Part shown: positions 1 through 8,131 of the stretch, piece by piece
Position numbering within the stretch: the first letter of the stretch is position 1
Layout: each line of letters begins with the position of its first letter
NCBI GenBank assembly: GCA_020638575.1
Contig: JACKIH010000003.1
Location: 3,044,461 to 3,068,460 of the forward strand
Origin: Rhodospirillaceae bacterium
Lineage (GTDB): Bacteria > Pseudomonadota > Alphaproteobacteria > DSM-16000 > Inquilinaceae
Length of the DNA stretch: 24,000 nt
Reading direction: 5' to 3'
Translations under genes and position numbers: made by a program
The notes under the pieces: model-generated
Databases searched by the model: none
What the model saw: the letters and a program-made list of their open reading frames with translations, nothing else
Told to the model about the DNA's origin: nothing

Positions 1-1
1 T

Positions 2-739
2 GCAATCGGCGGTGACTATGATGAACTAGTCTCGCTCAAAACATTGCAGCGATTCCTGGCTGATTCAAACCGTACGGACGATGCATTTGTGGGGCGTTGC
101 CAGAGTTTTCTTGATATTCTTGCGCCACAGCCCCCGGTCGATGGGATTGGAATTGCAATTCAGAAATTCTTAATCCACGAAGATGAGGCCAGGTACGGCC
201 GCAAGTTTGATTTATGCGGCTTCTACATGTGCTATGAGAGGTTTTTTGACGTCCCACTTCATCACCAGATATTTGAGAAATTCTGTACGGCCCGGAAAGG
301 GAAGCCGCCCATCCAGCCAAGTGGCTATGATCTATTCAAACAGACGGATTTTGAGGAGATGGAAGGCCTAGTGATCCAGCTTACACCAATCCCGGCTTCC
401 GTGTGCGTCGGGGTGCGCCAACACGAGATATCCAGTAATGTGAATTCAGTAGAATTTATCAATATTGCATCGCAATACGCTGAATTCGGCGATCCACCTC
501 ATAGTGATATACAAAGAAACGGGATACTGATCCCGACCAGTGATTGGGCCAGTCTTATGATAATGGTCGGAATCTTGGGCATTGAATTCTATCGAATGCA
601 AGTGACTAAGTTTGATCCGATTGTTCTGCGGGGAATATTAGTTCCTAGTCTACACCCATACTACACCGATGAAAGCGGCGAGATGCGGATTGCATGGACG
701 CCGCCGACCGAGATCAGGCTGGAAAAGGTGGCCGATTAG
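2..739 (+). CDS. hypothetical protein, 5'-partial (frame open to the window edge)
   Basis: Frame is open from nt 2 to TAG at 737-739. The track ORF at 44 starts on an internal TTG. Visibly AT-richer than the backbone. No motif recognised. Confidence 0.45.
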   Translation, partial: AIGGDYDELVSLKTLQRFLADSNRTDDAFVGRCQSFLDILAPQPPVDGIGIAIQKFLIHEDEARYGRKFDLCGFYMCYERFFDVPLHHQIFEKFCTARKGKPPIQPSGYDLFKQTDFEEMEGLVIQLTPIPASVCVGVRQHEISSNVNSVEFINIASQYAEFGDPPHSDIQRNGILIPTSDWASLMIMVGILGIEFYRMQVTKFDPIVLRGILVPSLHPYYTDESGEMRIAWTPPTEIRLEKVAD

Positions 740-1069
740 ATTGGGGCTCTTCATATCTGGCACGTCTGCGTGCTTGCCTGAGCGCCAATAGTGGACGGTC
801 CGGCGCCCGCGATCTCCCGGGCACTCTATCTTCCGTCTGATCCACTCCGTCTCCCGCATTTCGATCGGAACCACCCGCAGCGCCAGACCTTGCGCGACGC
901 TGACGGATGACGCGGACCGCATCGGTCAAGGCATCCACCCGTTTCCATCCCTTCGCTGCGCTCGGGCGGACCCTCGGGCGGAGCCTCCTTGACCGCGTTC
1001 CGTCGCATCCGCCGGGACGCATCGGCATCGGCTGGCGCAGGGCCGGCCCGAAACCGAAAGGAGACCAAC

Positions 1070-1306
1070 ATGTTCAATCAAACAAAAAACGCAGCAAGCA
1101 AGAATTCCGCCGGCAAACGTCCGCAATACCGGGTCTGGCTGGTGCAGGACGCGCCGGACGGCGGGACCGACTGGATCGAGCTGGCAGGCCTGTGGCCCAC
1201 CAAGTCGGGCAAGGGCTTCAAGGGCAAGCTTATGAACTCCCTGGCAGTCGCAGGAGACCGCATCGTGGTTCTGCTCGCGAACGCAAAAACCGCCAAGGAG
1301 GGCTGA
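1070..1306 (+). CDS. DUF736-family small protein (typical ICE/plasmid backbone gene)
   Basis: ATG at 1070 preceded by AAAGGAG (1058-1063 region). Sequence MFNQTKN...WIELAGLWPTKSGKGFKGKL resembles DUF736. The longer track ORF from 989 lacks an RBS. Confidence 0.75.
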   Translation: MFNQTKNAASKNSAGKRPQYRVWLVQDAPDGGTDWIELAGLWPTKSGKGFKGKLMNSLAVAGDRIVVLLANAKTAKEG

Positions 1307-1349
1307 GCCATGACCGACATCTCAAACAGCTCACCATATCCACAAACCG

Positions 1350-1380
1350 GGCAGGGCCGCGCACATCGCGCGGCCTTGCC
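1350..1380 (+). terminator. 13-bp GC-rich hairpin downstream of the DUF736 gene
   Basis: GGCAGGGCCGCGC-acatc-GCGCGGCCTTGCC (one G.T wobble), 44 nt after the stop. Weak T-tract (ATTCCGTTCC), so terminator function is uncertain. Confidence 0.4.
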
Positions 1381-1613
1381 ATTCCGTTCCAATTCCTTCA
1401 ATCCGCGAACCAGACTCGCATGGTCTCTACAGGAGTCGATGGGGAGATGCCGTATTGATGGTTATCGAAACAACGATGCCAAGAAGCCTAGCAACCCACG
1501 CGAAGGTGCAATTGGCGCATGCGACCGAACTGGCATCTGCCGCGTCCCGTCGACGAAAAGAGAAATAATTCTATCTATTTCGCTGGATTCCGATTTGGCC
1601 CAGTCGCGATACT

Positions 1614-2342
1614 TCAAAAAAAATCTAGTACGGTCTCACCAGTATCCAATACTGCACTTTTGTCGGCGCCTTGTTCCAGTGCGAACTTTACTAGTTCATA
1701 TCCAGAGTTCCAATAGGCGAACAATGGAACTCCTATCCGATCCATGTTGGAGTTAAATGAAAATATTCTTCCAGCAAAATTTACGTCTGCGCCGTATTCG
1801 ATAAGTAAATTAGCTATGTGGACAAGAGATATTTCGCTTTCGGCTTTCCCGCCAGCAAATAGACAATGTAGTGGCGGCGGAGATGCTTGTGTATTCGTTG
1901 CGGCTCCCGCGTCGAGTAGAATTTTGATAATCTCTTGATTTTCGGTTCGACTCCTGACAAACAAACATGCGGTTGAAAGAGGCGGGAGACTTCCTGTGCC
2001 CGGTTGAGTGTCCCAATCTATTTCAGCTCCACAACCAATCAAATAGGAAACTACGCTCAGCTTAGACTTAAGGGCTGCGCCTCCGATCAAGCGCCAGCAA
2101 TCAAGATAGTCGCGCTTGTTGTTCAACTCTAAATTTATATCGAACCCTGATTCAACTAGGATTTTCAATGCGGGAGAAACTACTCGCTCATCCGATTGAT
2201 CCAAGGCGAGAATGTACGGGTGAGGCAATCCATGCCGGAAAAAATTTCTAGGATTTCGGGTTCCCTCGTGCCTTAAAGCTTGCCTTAGTCGGCGCCAGTT
2301 TTGACCATTGATCGCATCTACTACATCACTATAGACAGACAT
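1614..2342 (-). CDS. ankyrin-repeat protein
   Basis: Repeated ankyrin-like helices ending in G-A-D/N turns: LVESGFDINLE, LIGCGAEID, LLDAGAATN, LIEYGADVN, ALEQGADKS. AGGAAG RBS 4-5 nt before the ATG. AT-rich islet. Confidence 0.7.
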   Translation of the reverse strand: MSVYSDVVDAINGQNWRRLRQALRHEGTRNPRNFFRHGLPHPYILALDQSDERVVSPALKILVESGFDINLELNNKRDYLDCWRLIGGAALKSKLSVVSYLIGCGAEIDWDTQPGTGSLPPLSTACLFVRSRTENQEIIKILLDAGAATNTQASPPPLHCLFAGGKAESEISLVHIANLLIEYGADVNFAGRIFSFNSNMDRIGVPLFAYWNSGYELVKFALEQGADKSAVLDTGETVLDFF

Positions 2343-2359
2343 GGTGCTTCCTACATGTT

Positions 2360-2539
2360 CTATCTACTTGGGTTTGAGTCGAGCCAACCTCTTGCAAATT
2401 CCATTACGTCTCCTTTGTTCTTTGTTGTTACTCCGATATTTCTCCCGTCAACGTAAACTTCTCCGGACTTTTCATCCCAGGAGACTTTTCTAGTTCTTCC
2501 GTTGCTCGACTTCACCTTGCCGAGTTGTTGTATGCTCAT
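2360..2539 (-). CDS. small hypothetical protein (59 aa), upstream of and co-oriented with the ankyrin gene
   Basis: Internal ATG at 2539 with AAGGA 8 nt upstream. 17-nt gap to the ankyrin gene start. No recognisable domain. Confidence 0.4.
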   Translation of the reverse strand: MSIQQLGKVKSSNGRTRKVSWDEKSGEVYVDGRNIGVTTKNKGDVMEFARGWLDSNPSR

Positions 2540-2835
2540 TCTGTGGGTCCTTGCATTGTCAATTTTGACAACGGGTTGAGCCGCGCTCCGCCAAGCCTGA
2601 TGCCCAGGGGGCGGTCTCAAGAGGAAGAGATTTTAGATTGCATCGTTATGAGATACAATCGGTGAAAGGTCAAAACTCAGAAGGTTTCAGGCAAAAGTAT
2701 TTTAACAAGTCTTCAATTAGCCGGCGGTGCGAGCTGCGTCGTTTTTTGTAGATTAAAAAGGCGAATATGCGTAAGTGAGGGCACGTAATCTCGCGTATTG
2801 GAGGCTCACGTCGGCCTAGGCGTGGTCGAACTCTG

Positions 2836-3141
2836 ATGCCCGACCGACGCGGCTACCGTATGCGTCTGGATTTCCGGCTGAGGTGGCAGGGCGTCGCCGT
2901 TCGCGGCACCTACGACGCCTCTCCCCATTTCAATCGCCGCGACCGCTTGTATCTGGAGGCGGAGCTGCCGCTCTTTGCCGACAACGAGCGCTATCTCGTC
3001 ATCTGGTTCGGACCGGTCGAAATAGCAGCCGATCCCGCGATGTTTGCGGAGATGGCTGAAGGCTGGCTGGACGAGGCTGCCGAGGAGCGTGGCCTGCATC
3101 CCGACGATCTGATCCGCTACCGGCAGGCCAGCCTGTTCTGA
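2836..3141 (+). CDS. hypothetical protein (about 100 aa) upstream of the transfer-origin region
   Basis: High-GC ORF with plausible globular sequence (MRLDFRLRWQGVAVRG...EMAEGWLDEAAEERGL). Start ambiguous (2836 or 2860). The overlapping minus-strand ORF 2806..3309 looks like a shadow. Confidence 0.5.
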   Translation: MPDRRGYRMRLDFRLRWQGVAVRGTYDASPHFNRRDRLYLEAELPLFADNERYLVIWFGPVEIAADPAMFAEMAEGWLDEAAEERGLHPDDLIRYRQASLF

Positions 3142-3370
3142 TCCGGCATGCTTCCCAAGAGCCCTCGCGTCAGTCGGCGTCAGAGGTTTTTTCGTGTCTT
3201 TGCCCAGACGAATGTGCCCCGTGTCCAAAACTTGTCCAATCTCCCAATTGATGATAGAAGTGCTTCCATAACAACGGCTTTTCTTGTGGCTGGGCGATTT
3301 GTTAAGCATATTAAGTAAATCCTAAGCTTGGTCTCCCACAATAAAGAAGAAACATGGGTAGGGGCGGATG

Positions 3371-3690
3371 CAAGATGTGCGCGGGGACCCCGCGCCATCT
3401 TGGCAAGGGGGGCTCAAAGGCCGCCCCCCGTTGCATCCCCCGCTTGTGCGGCGCGCGCCAAGGACACTGACCTAGGCGGTCAGGTCCGGCGGCACCCCAC
3501 GCAGCGTTTCGTCGCTGCACCACGACCAGGACCGGGAGATTTACCTCTCCCCCTGGACCGCCCCATGCACCAGCGTTTCGCCGCTGGATCACGACCAAAG
3601 GCGCTGTCCGCCCTTTGGATGCCCGGACCGGGAGATGGCGCTCTCCCGGACCATCGCGGAGCGTTCCGGCGCTCCACCACGGCTGAGCAG
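3371..3690. other. candidate oriT / relaxosome assembly region (multiple inverted and direct repeats)
   Basis: Lies directly upstream of mobC and the relaxase. Long IR at 3371-3402; GGGGGGC/GCCCCCC hairpin at 3407-3429; three related hairpins at 3501-3518, 3570-3587 and 3658-3675; exact direct repeat GGACCGGGAGAT at 3529-3540 and 3625-3636. Confidence 0.5.
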
Positions 3691-3725
3691 GCGTCGTCCA
3701 CCGCGCACGAGAAAGGAGGCATCCC

Positions 3726-4079
3726 GTGGCGCGCAGCGGTAGCGAAAACCGGCAACGGCAGATCGCCCTGAAGGCCCGCTTCAGCGAAGCGGAGGCCGAG
3801 CTCGTGCGCGCCCAGGCCGATGCCGCCGGTGTGCCCGTTGCCGGGCTCATTCGCTACGCCGTGCTGGAACAGACGCCGCTCAGGGCCACGCGCACGCCGC
3901 CTGCCGACTGGCAGGAAGTGGCGCGGCTTGTGGCGGCCCTCGGCACGCTGGCAACCGACCTGCGGCAGGCCGCTTCCCAGACCGATGACGAGACTGCGAT
4001 CGCAGCCGTCATCGCCGCGCAGCGCGACCTTACGGAGCTGCGGGTCGCCGTTCTGCGTGCTCTCGGGCGTGAGCCATAA
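3726..4079 (+). CDS. mobC: MobC-family relaxosome accessory protein
   Basis: GTG start 6 nt after GGAGG (3715-3719). Motif RFSEAEAELVRAQADAAGVPVAGLIRYAVL is typical of MobC. Sits immediately upstream of the relaxase. Confidence 0.8.
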   Translation: MARSGSENRQRQIALKARFSEAEAELVRAQADAAGVPVAGLIRYAVLEQTPLRATRTPPADWQEVARLVAALGTLATDLRQAASQTDDETAIAAVIAAQRDLTELRVAVLRALGREP

Positions 4080-4089
4080 GGGGGCGGCC

Positions 4090-5622
4090 ATGATCCTCAA
4101 AGGCAATACCCGCGCCAATGGCTCCGATCTCGCCACCCACTTGCTCAATTCCTACGACAACGAGCGGATCGAGCTGGCGGAGATGCGCGGCACCATCGCC
4201 GACGATCTCCACGGCGGGTTCGCCGAGATCGAGGCGATTGCCGCCGGGACGCGCGCGACAAAGCCCTTCTACAGCCTGTCGATCAATCCCGGCGAGCCGC
4301 TGACGCGGGAGCAGTATTTCGAGGCGATCGACGCCATCGAAACCCGGCTAGGATTGACCGGGCAGCCGCGCGCCGTGCTGTTCCACGTCAAGGACGGGCG
4401 TGAGCATGCCCATGCCGTCTGGTCGCGCATTGACGGCGTTCAGATGCAGGCCGTGCACATGGCCCATGACCGCCGCAAGCTGTGCGACATGGCCTGCCGC
4501 CTCGCCGACAAATTCGGGCATGAGCTGCCCGACGGCCTGAAAGCCTGGCGCGACAAGACCGGCTTCGAAAAGCAGGCATTGGAGCCGAGCTTCGCCGACG
4601 CAGCCATGCAGGCACGGACCGGCACCTCGCCCGAAGATCGCCGCGCAGAAATCAGCGCGCTCTATCAGGCCTCCGACAGCGCCGCCGCGTTCCGGCAAGC
4701 GCTGGAGGAGAAGGGCTATGTGCTGGCCAAGGGCGACCGGCGCGCCTTCGTGGTGGTCGACCGTCAGGGCAATGTGCACAGCCTCTCACGCTACCTGAAA
4801 GGCGTGAATCGGAAGGAGCTTCAGGCCCGCATGGCCGGGATCGATGTGAACGGACTGCCGTCCGTCGATCAGGCCAAGCAGGAAGCCTTGGCGCGCGCTG
4901 CCGCTGCCGAAGACCGGGCACGCGAACAAAGAACCCGCGAGCAGGCGGAAAAGGCGCGGGATCAGCAGGCGCAGCGAGAGCGCGAGGCGGCACAGCAGCG
5001 CACAGATCTTTCGGGCGACCATGCCAGGCGCCGCGCCGAACTGCGGCAGGAAGAGCAGGAGCTGCTGACCCTTCAGCAGTCGGAACGGCTTGTCCTGCAT
5101 GCGGCCCAGGATACCGAGGCGGGCGGGCTACTGTTCCGTGTGCGCTCCGCCGTGTCCGACCTGATCGAGCGGACGCCGGGGCTGCGCTCCGTGCTCTCGC
5201 ATATCACCGCCCGGACGGGGCTCGATCCGCGCGAGCGGCACACGCTGGAACGCGACGCGCTCTCCCGCCGCCACGACCGCGAAAAGCAGGCCATGGCTGG
5301 CCGCAGCCGCGCGCTGGAAAAGATCGAACAGCGCGAACGGAACAGCCTGGAGCGGGATCTCCGGCGGGAGAACGCGCTGGCACTGATCGCCGAGCGGGCG
5401 CTCATGCAACAACAGCAGCAGGGCTGGCGGGCGACCGATCCTCGTCTTCTTGAGGATGACGGCCTCGCCACGGCGTTCAATGCGGCGGCGCAGGGTGCCG
5501 ATGATGGTGATGATGGCGATGACACGAGGACAGCGAAGAAGAGCTGGAAGGCCCGCGCCGATGGCTTTGGCAGCCGCCGGAGCCGCAAGCGCGGCTTCGG
5601 ACACCGCCGCGATGACGAGTAG
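4090..5622 (+). CDS. relaxase/mobilisation nuclease (MobA/VirD2-type, MOBQ-like) with a coiled-coil, charged C-terminus
   Basis: ATG at 4090 after AAGGGGG. N-terminus MILKGNTRANGSDLATHLLN, candidate catalytic Tyr in KPFYSLSINP, and His motif REHAHAVWSRID. The track start at 3820 overlaps mobC and was rejected. Confidence 0.9.
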   Translation: MILKGNTRANGSDLATHLLNSYDNERIELAEMRGTIADDLHGGFAEIEAIAAGTRATKPFYSLSINPGEPLTREQYFEAIDAIETRLGLTGQPRAVLFHVKDGREHAHAVWSRIDGVQMQAVHMAHDRRKLCDMACRLADKFGHELPDGLKAWRDKTGFEKQALEPSFADAAMQARTGTSPEDRRAEISALYQASDSAAAFRQALEEKGYVLAKGDRRAFVVVDRQGNVHSLSRYLKGVNRKELQARMAGIDVNGLPSVDQAKQEALARAAAAEDRAREQRTREQAEKARDQQAQREREAAQQRTDLSGDHARRRAELRQEEQELLTLQQSERLVLHAAQDTEAGGLLFRVRSAVSDLIERTPGLRSVLSHITARTGLDPRERHTLERDALSRRHDREKQAMAGRSRALEKIEQRERNSLERDLRRENALALIAERALMQQQQQGWRATDPRLLEDDGLATAFNAAAQGADDGDDGDDTRTAKKSWKARADGFGSRRSRKRGFGHRRDDE

Positions 5623-5650
5623 CACCTGACAGCTTCGGGGATGAGGGCGG

Positions 5651-6979
5651 CTACTCCGTCTGCGCAGACTCCGGCAGCGTGAGGGCGGCCAGCCGCTGTC
5701 TGACGGCGCGGTTCACGCTGTCGTGGATCGCTTCCGGGAAGTCCGGCGGCAGCGCCTGTGCAATGGCATCCAGCGCGCTTTCGGCCCGGTCTGCGACCTC
5801 CGCTATGGCTTCGGCAACGAGCCGTTTGGGCAGCCGGGCTCTCTCGCCGGTCTGCATGAAATGCCGGGCCAGGATCTCCGCCATGCGGTAGTGGCGGTTG
5901 GCGCCGACGGACATCGCCAGCTTCATGCTCTTCTGTGTGATCTGCCCGTCATCAAGGCTCGGCTGAGCGGTCAGGATATCGTAGAGCGGGGTCAGCCGGT
6001 ATCCGCCGCCAGGGCTCAGGAACACGCTGAAATTCTTGGCATGGCCGTCGGTCGCGCCGATCAGCCAGAAGACAAGCTGCGCCTTGAGGAATGTCTTCTG
6101 GTCATCCGCCGGCCGGTCGCTGCCCTTGAGCAGGTCCAGGATATCGACCATGCCCGGCCCGCCATCCGCCTGGTATTTCAGGCTGGGGGGGACGGACAGG
6201 GCCTGGCAGCAATCCTCCTGCGGCAGGCGCAGGAGCCGCCCGTCCTTCGTCCAGCGCCGATCAAAGCGTTCGACAACGAGCGCCTTCGTCTCCCCGAACT
6301 GCGCCATTTGCGCTGCGCCCACCGGCAGGCCGAAGGCTTCCGCCAGCTTGAGGCAGTAGAATTCGTTCTCGACACTGTCCGAGAGATCGATCCCGTTCGG
6401 CAGGCGGCCGATCTGTTTCTTCAATATGTGTGTGGTCGGCGTCGTGCCGTGCGGCTTGTGCCAGCGCCCCTCATGCCAGAGCAGCGCGGTCTTTTCCTGT
6501 GCACCCGCGACCGATATCCGGAAATCATCGTCCCGGCTCAGACCCAGGGGAGCCTTGACCAGGCTGAGCAGCAGCGCCTCGATCTCCTGCTCACCAATGG
6601 CAGTGCCTTTGATCCCGCCGGAAGGATCGGGACCATCATCATCCCCGGCGATGAATTGCAGTGCGCCGACACAGTCCCGGCCGATGGCAGCGAGCAGGCT
6701 GTAGGCATCCGCGCCGTGCGCGCCGACCTTCTCCGCGACGCGGCGGCGCAACGCATCGGAATCGGGCAGCAGGTTCTCGAACACGGCTATGACAGGCGCC
6801 CCGTGATAGGGCTCTTCGCGCAGCGGCAGCGAGAGCGAGATCGGCAGGGTGTGGTCCCAGCCGAGCCAGCCCTTGTCGTATTGGAAGCTGACCGCGCCGC
6901 TTGGCGCCTTGGTCAGGTGTCCGACCATGCGGCTGTTCAGGAGCACGCGCAGCGGCGCGTATTGCGCCCGGCGCGGCAT
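5651..6979 (-). CDS. hipA: HipA-family Ser/Thr kinase toxin
   Basis: N-terminal HipA coupling region (LLNSRMVGHL...FQYDKGWL), catalytic loop GATDGHAKNFSVFL. ATGA overlap with the upstream HTH gene. Confidence 0.9.
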   Translation of the reverse strand: MPRRAQYAPLRVLLNSRMVGHLTKAPSGAVSFQYDKGWLGWDHTLPISLSLPLREEPYHGAPVIAVFENLLPDSDALRRRVAEKVGAHGADAYSLLAAIGRDCVGALQFIAGDDDGPDPSGGIKGTAIGEQEIEALLLSLVKAPLGLSRDDDFRISVAGAQEKTALLWHEGRWHKPHGTTPTTHILKKQIGRLPNGIDLSDSVENEFYCLKLAEAFGLPVGAAQMAQFGETKALVVERFDRRWTKDGRLLRLPQEDCCQALSVPPSLKYQADGGPGMVDILDLLKGSDRPADDQKTFLKAQLVFWLIGATDGHAKNFSVFLSPGGGYRLTPLYDILTAQPSLDDGQITQKSMKLAMSVGANRHYRMAEILARHFMQTGERARLPKRLVAEAIAEVADRAESALDAIAQALPPDFPEAIHDSVNRAVRQRLAALTLPESAQTE

Positions 6980-7227
6980 CAGAAGATCTCCTCAAGGGCG
7001 GTTTCGCCTGTGCTCCGGGACAGAACCCGGCATTCGAGGCCGAGTGCCGCGAGGACGGCCAGCAGGCTGTCGAGCCGCGCCGCCGGGTTGCCCGTCTCCA
7101 TCAGCGAGATGGTCTCCTGGCGCAGGCCCGCGCGTGCGCCCAGCTCGGTCTGTGTCCAGCCGCGCTGTTTGCGGGCGCGCCTGATGATGGCGCCGATCTG
7201 TTTCGGTGTGCGGGCAAGCTCAGTCAT
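6979..7227 (-). CDS. hipB: HipB-like XRE-family HTH antitoxin
   Basis: HTH segment IRRARKQRGWTQTELGARAGLRQETISLMETG. 1-nt overlap with the hipA start. Confidence 0.85.
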   Translation of the reverse strand: MTELARTPKQIGAIIRRARKQRGWTQTELGARAGLRQETISLMETGNPAARLDSLLAVLAALGLECRVLSRSTGETALEEIF

Positions 7228-7233
7228 ATGCCC

Positions 7234-7343
7234 ATTATGACCTGATTCCGATAAAATAGCAATATCGGATCTAACGCATAATCATGGAATATGGTCTATC
7301 TCGCATAAATAGACTTTATCGGAATTGGCGCATAATATGGGCG
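7234..7343 (-). promoter_or_regulatory. hipBA promoter/operator region
   Basis: On the minus strand: TTGCTA (7262-7257), 17-nt spacer, CATAAT (7239-7234), ending 6 nt before the hipB ATG. Perfect IR TCCGATA-N9-TATCGGA at 7247-7269. Three 27-bp tandem units starting at 7263, 7290 and 7317, each with TAT(C/G)G..-CGCATAA(T/A). Confidence 0.5.
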
Positions 7344-7362
7344 GCCCCGCACGGGGCGGGGC
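7344..7362. terminator. GC-rich hairpin between the exported-protein gene and the hipBA control region
   Basis: GCCCCGC-acggg-GCGGGGC, 7-bp stem, 18 nt past the stop of the 7380..7895 gene. Poor U-tract. Confidence 0.35.
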
Positions 7363-7379
7363 ATTTCATGCGGCGAACC

Positions 7380-7895
7380 CTAATCGGAGACCGGGATGCG
7401 CGCGAACGGGATGTCATGGATGACACGTCCGTCCGCCGTCTGCGAGAAGGCCCGCAGATTGACGCTGGCCCGCCCGCCGGCAGTCCCGCTCCCGCTGTCA
7501 TCGGCCGCAATCCGGAACTCATAGAGGACGCCGGGGGCGAGGACCGTCCAGGTAACGTCCTCATAGTACGCGATGCAGTGATCAGCCGGGTGAAAGCAGC
7601 TCGCGAGCCCGAAAATTTCAAACTGCCGGGGGTCCCGTTCCCCGGAAACCAGCACCACCGACTCCCGCGCCGAGACGAGGAAGAGGGTGCTCTCCTCGCT
7701 CCTGTTCATCACGCTCATGTCAAAGACGATCGCCGAGCCATCCACGACCGATGCCGTGTCGATGCCGATCACAATGTCGCCCGCCTCGCGGGACGAGATC
7801 AGGCCGACCTCCAAGCTCTCTGCGCCGCTCTGGGCATGCGAGGAGCCGGAGGCAATGCATACGATTGTAATCACGGTAGCGAGACGAGGCAGCAT
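7380..7895 (-). CDS. exported protein of unknown function
   Basis: Internal ATG at 7895 gives MLPRLATVITIVCIASGSSHA/QSG, a signal-peptide-like N-terminus. The longer track ORF to 8027 adds an implausible leader. Confidence 0.5.
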   Translation of the reverse strand: MLPRLATVITIVCIASGSSHAQSGAESLEVGLISSREAGDIVIGIDTASVVDGSAIVFDMSVMNRSEESTLFLVSARESVVLVSGERDPRQFEIFGLASCFHPADHCIAYYEDVTWTVLAPGVLYEFRIAADDSGSGTAGGRASVNLRAFSQTADGRVIHDIPFARIPVSD

Positions 7896-8131
7896 GGCGG
7901 ATATCGAAATCTGTGAGGATGCGGAACAACTATAGCATATCATCCGCCGTACTCCCCAAGTCCCATCACGGCAAAACCGCTTATCCATCGCTTTCTCCCC
8001 AAATTTACGGAGCCGCTGCTCGGACATTGCAGAGCATCACCGGCGGCCTTGGCATCAGCCTGACCCACTTCGATGCATGAGTAGATCTCGAGGAATTGTG
8101 CTTATCGGGTAATCTCTAGCTTTCAATTGTT

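Noticed and set aside
1310-1756. 148-aa plus-strand ORF after the DUF736 gene
   Set aside because: It crosses the 13-bp terminator-like hairpin and overlaps the 3' end of the ankyrin gene antisense. No RBS, and composition is heterogeneous.
3820-4089. Upstream extension of the relaxase ORF (600-aa version)
   Set aside because: It overlaps nearly all of mobC in another frame. The canonical relaxase N-terminus (MILKGNTRANG) starts at ATG 4090 with its own RBS.
3311-4148. ORFs 3328..3771 (+), 3311..3850 (-) and 3480..4148 (-)
   Set aside because: They cover the repeat-rich oriT-like region and the mobC antisense strand. Sequences are low-complexity Arg/Pro/Gly, and the hairpin repeats explain the open frames better than coding does.
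5723-7240. 505-aa plus-strand ORF
   Set aside because: It is entirely antisense to hipA/hipB, which have clear family motifs. Its Arg/Ala/Pro-rich composition is typical of shadow ORFs in high-GC DNA.
7284-7916. 210-aa plus-strand ORF
   Set aside because: It starts within the hipBA operator repeats and runs antisense to the signal-peptide-bearing gene at 7380..7895.
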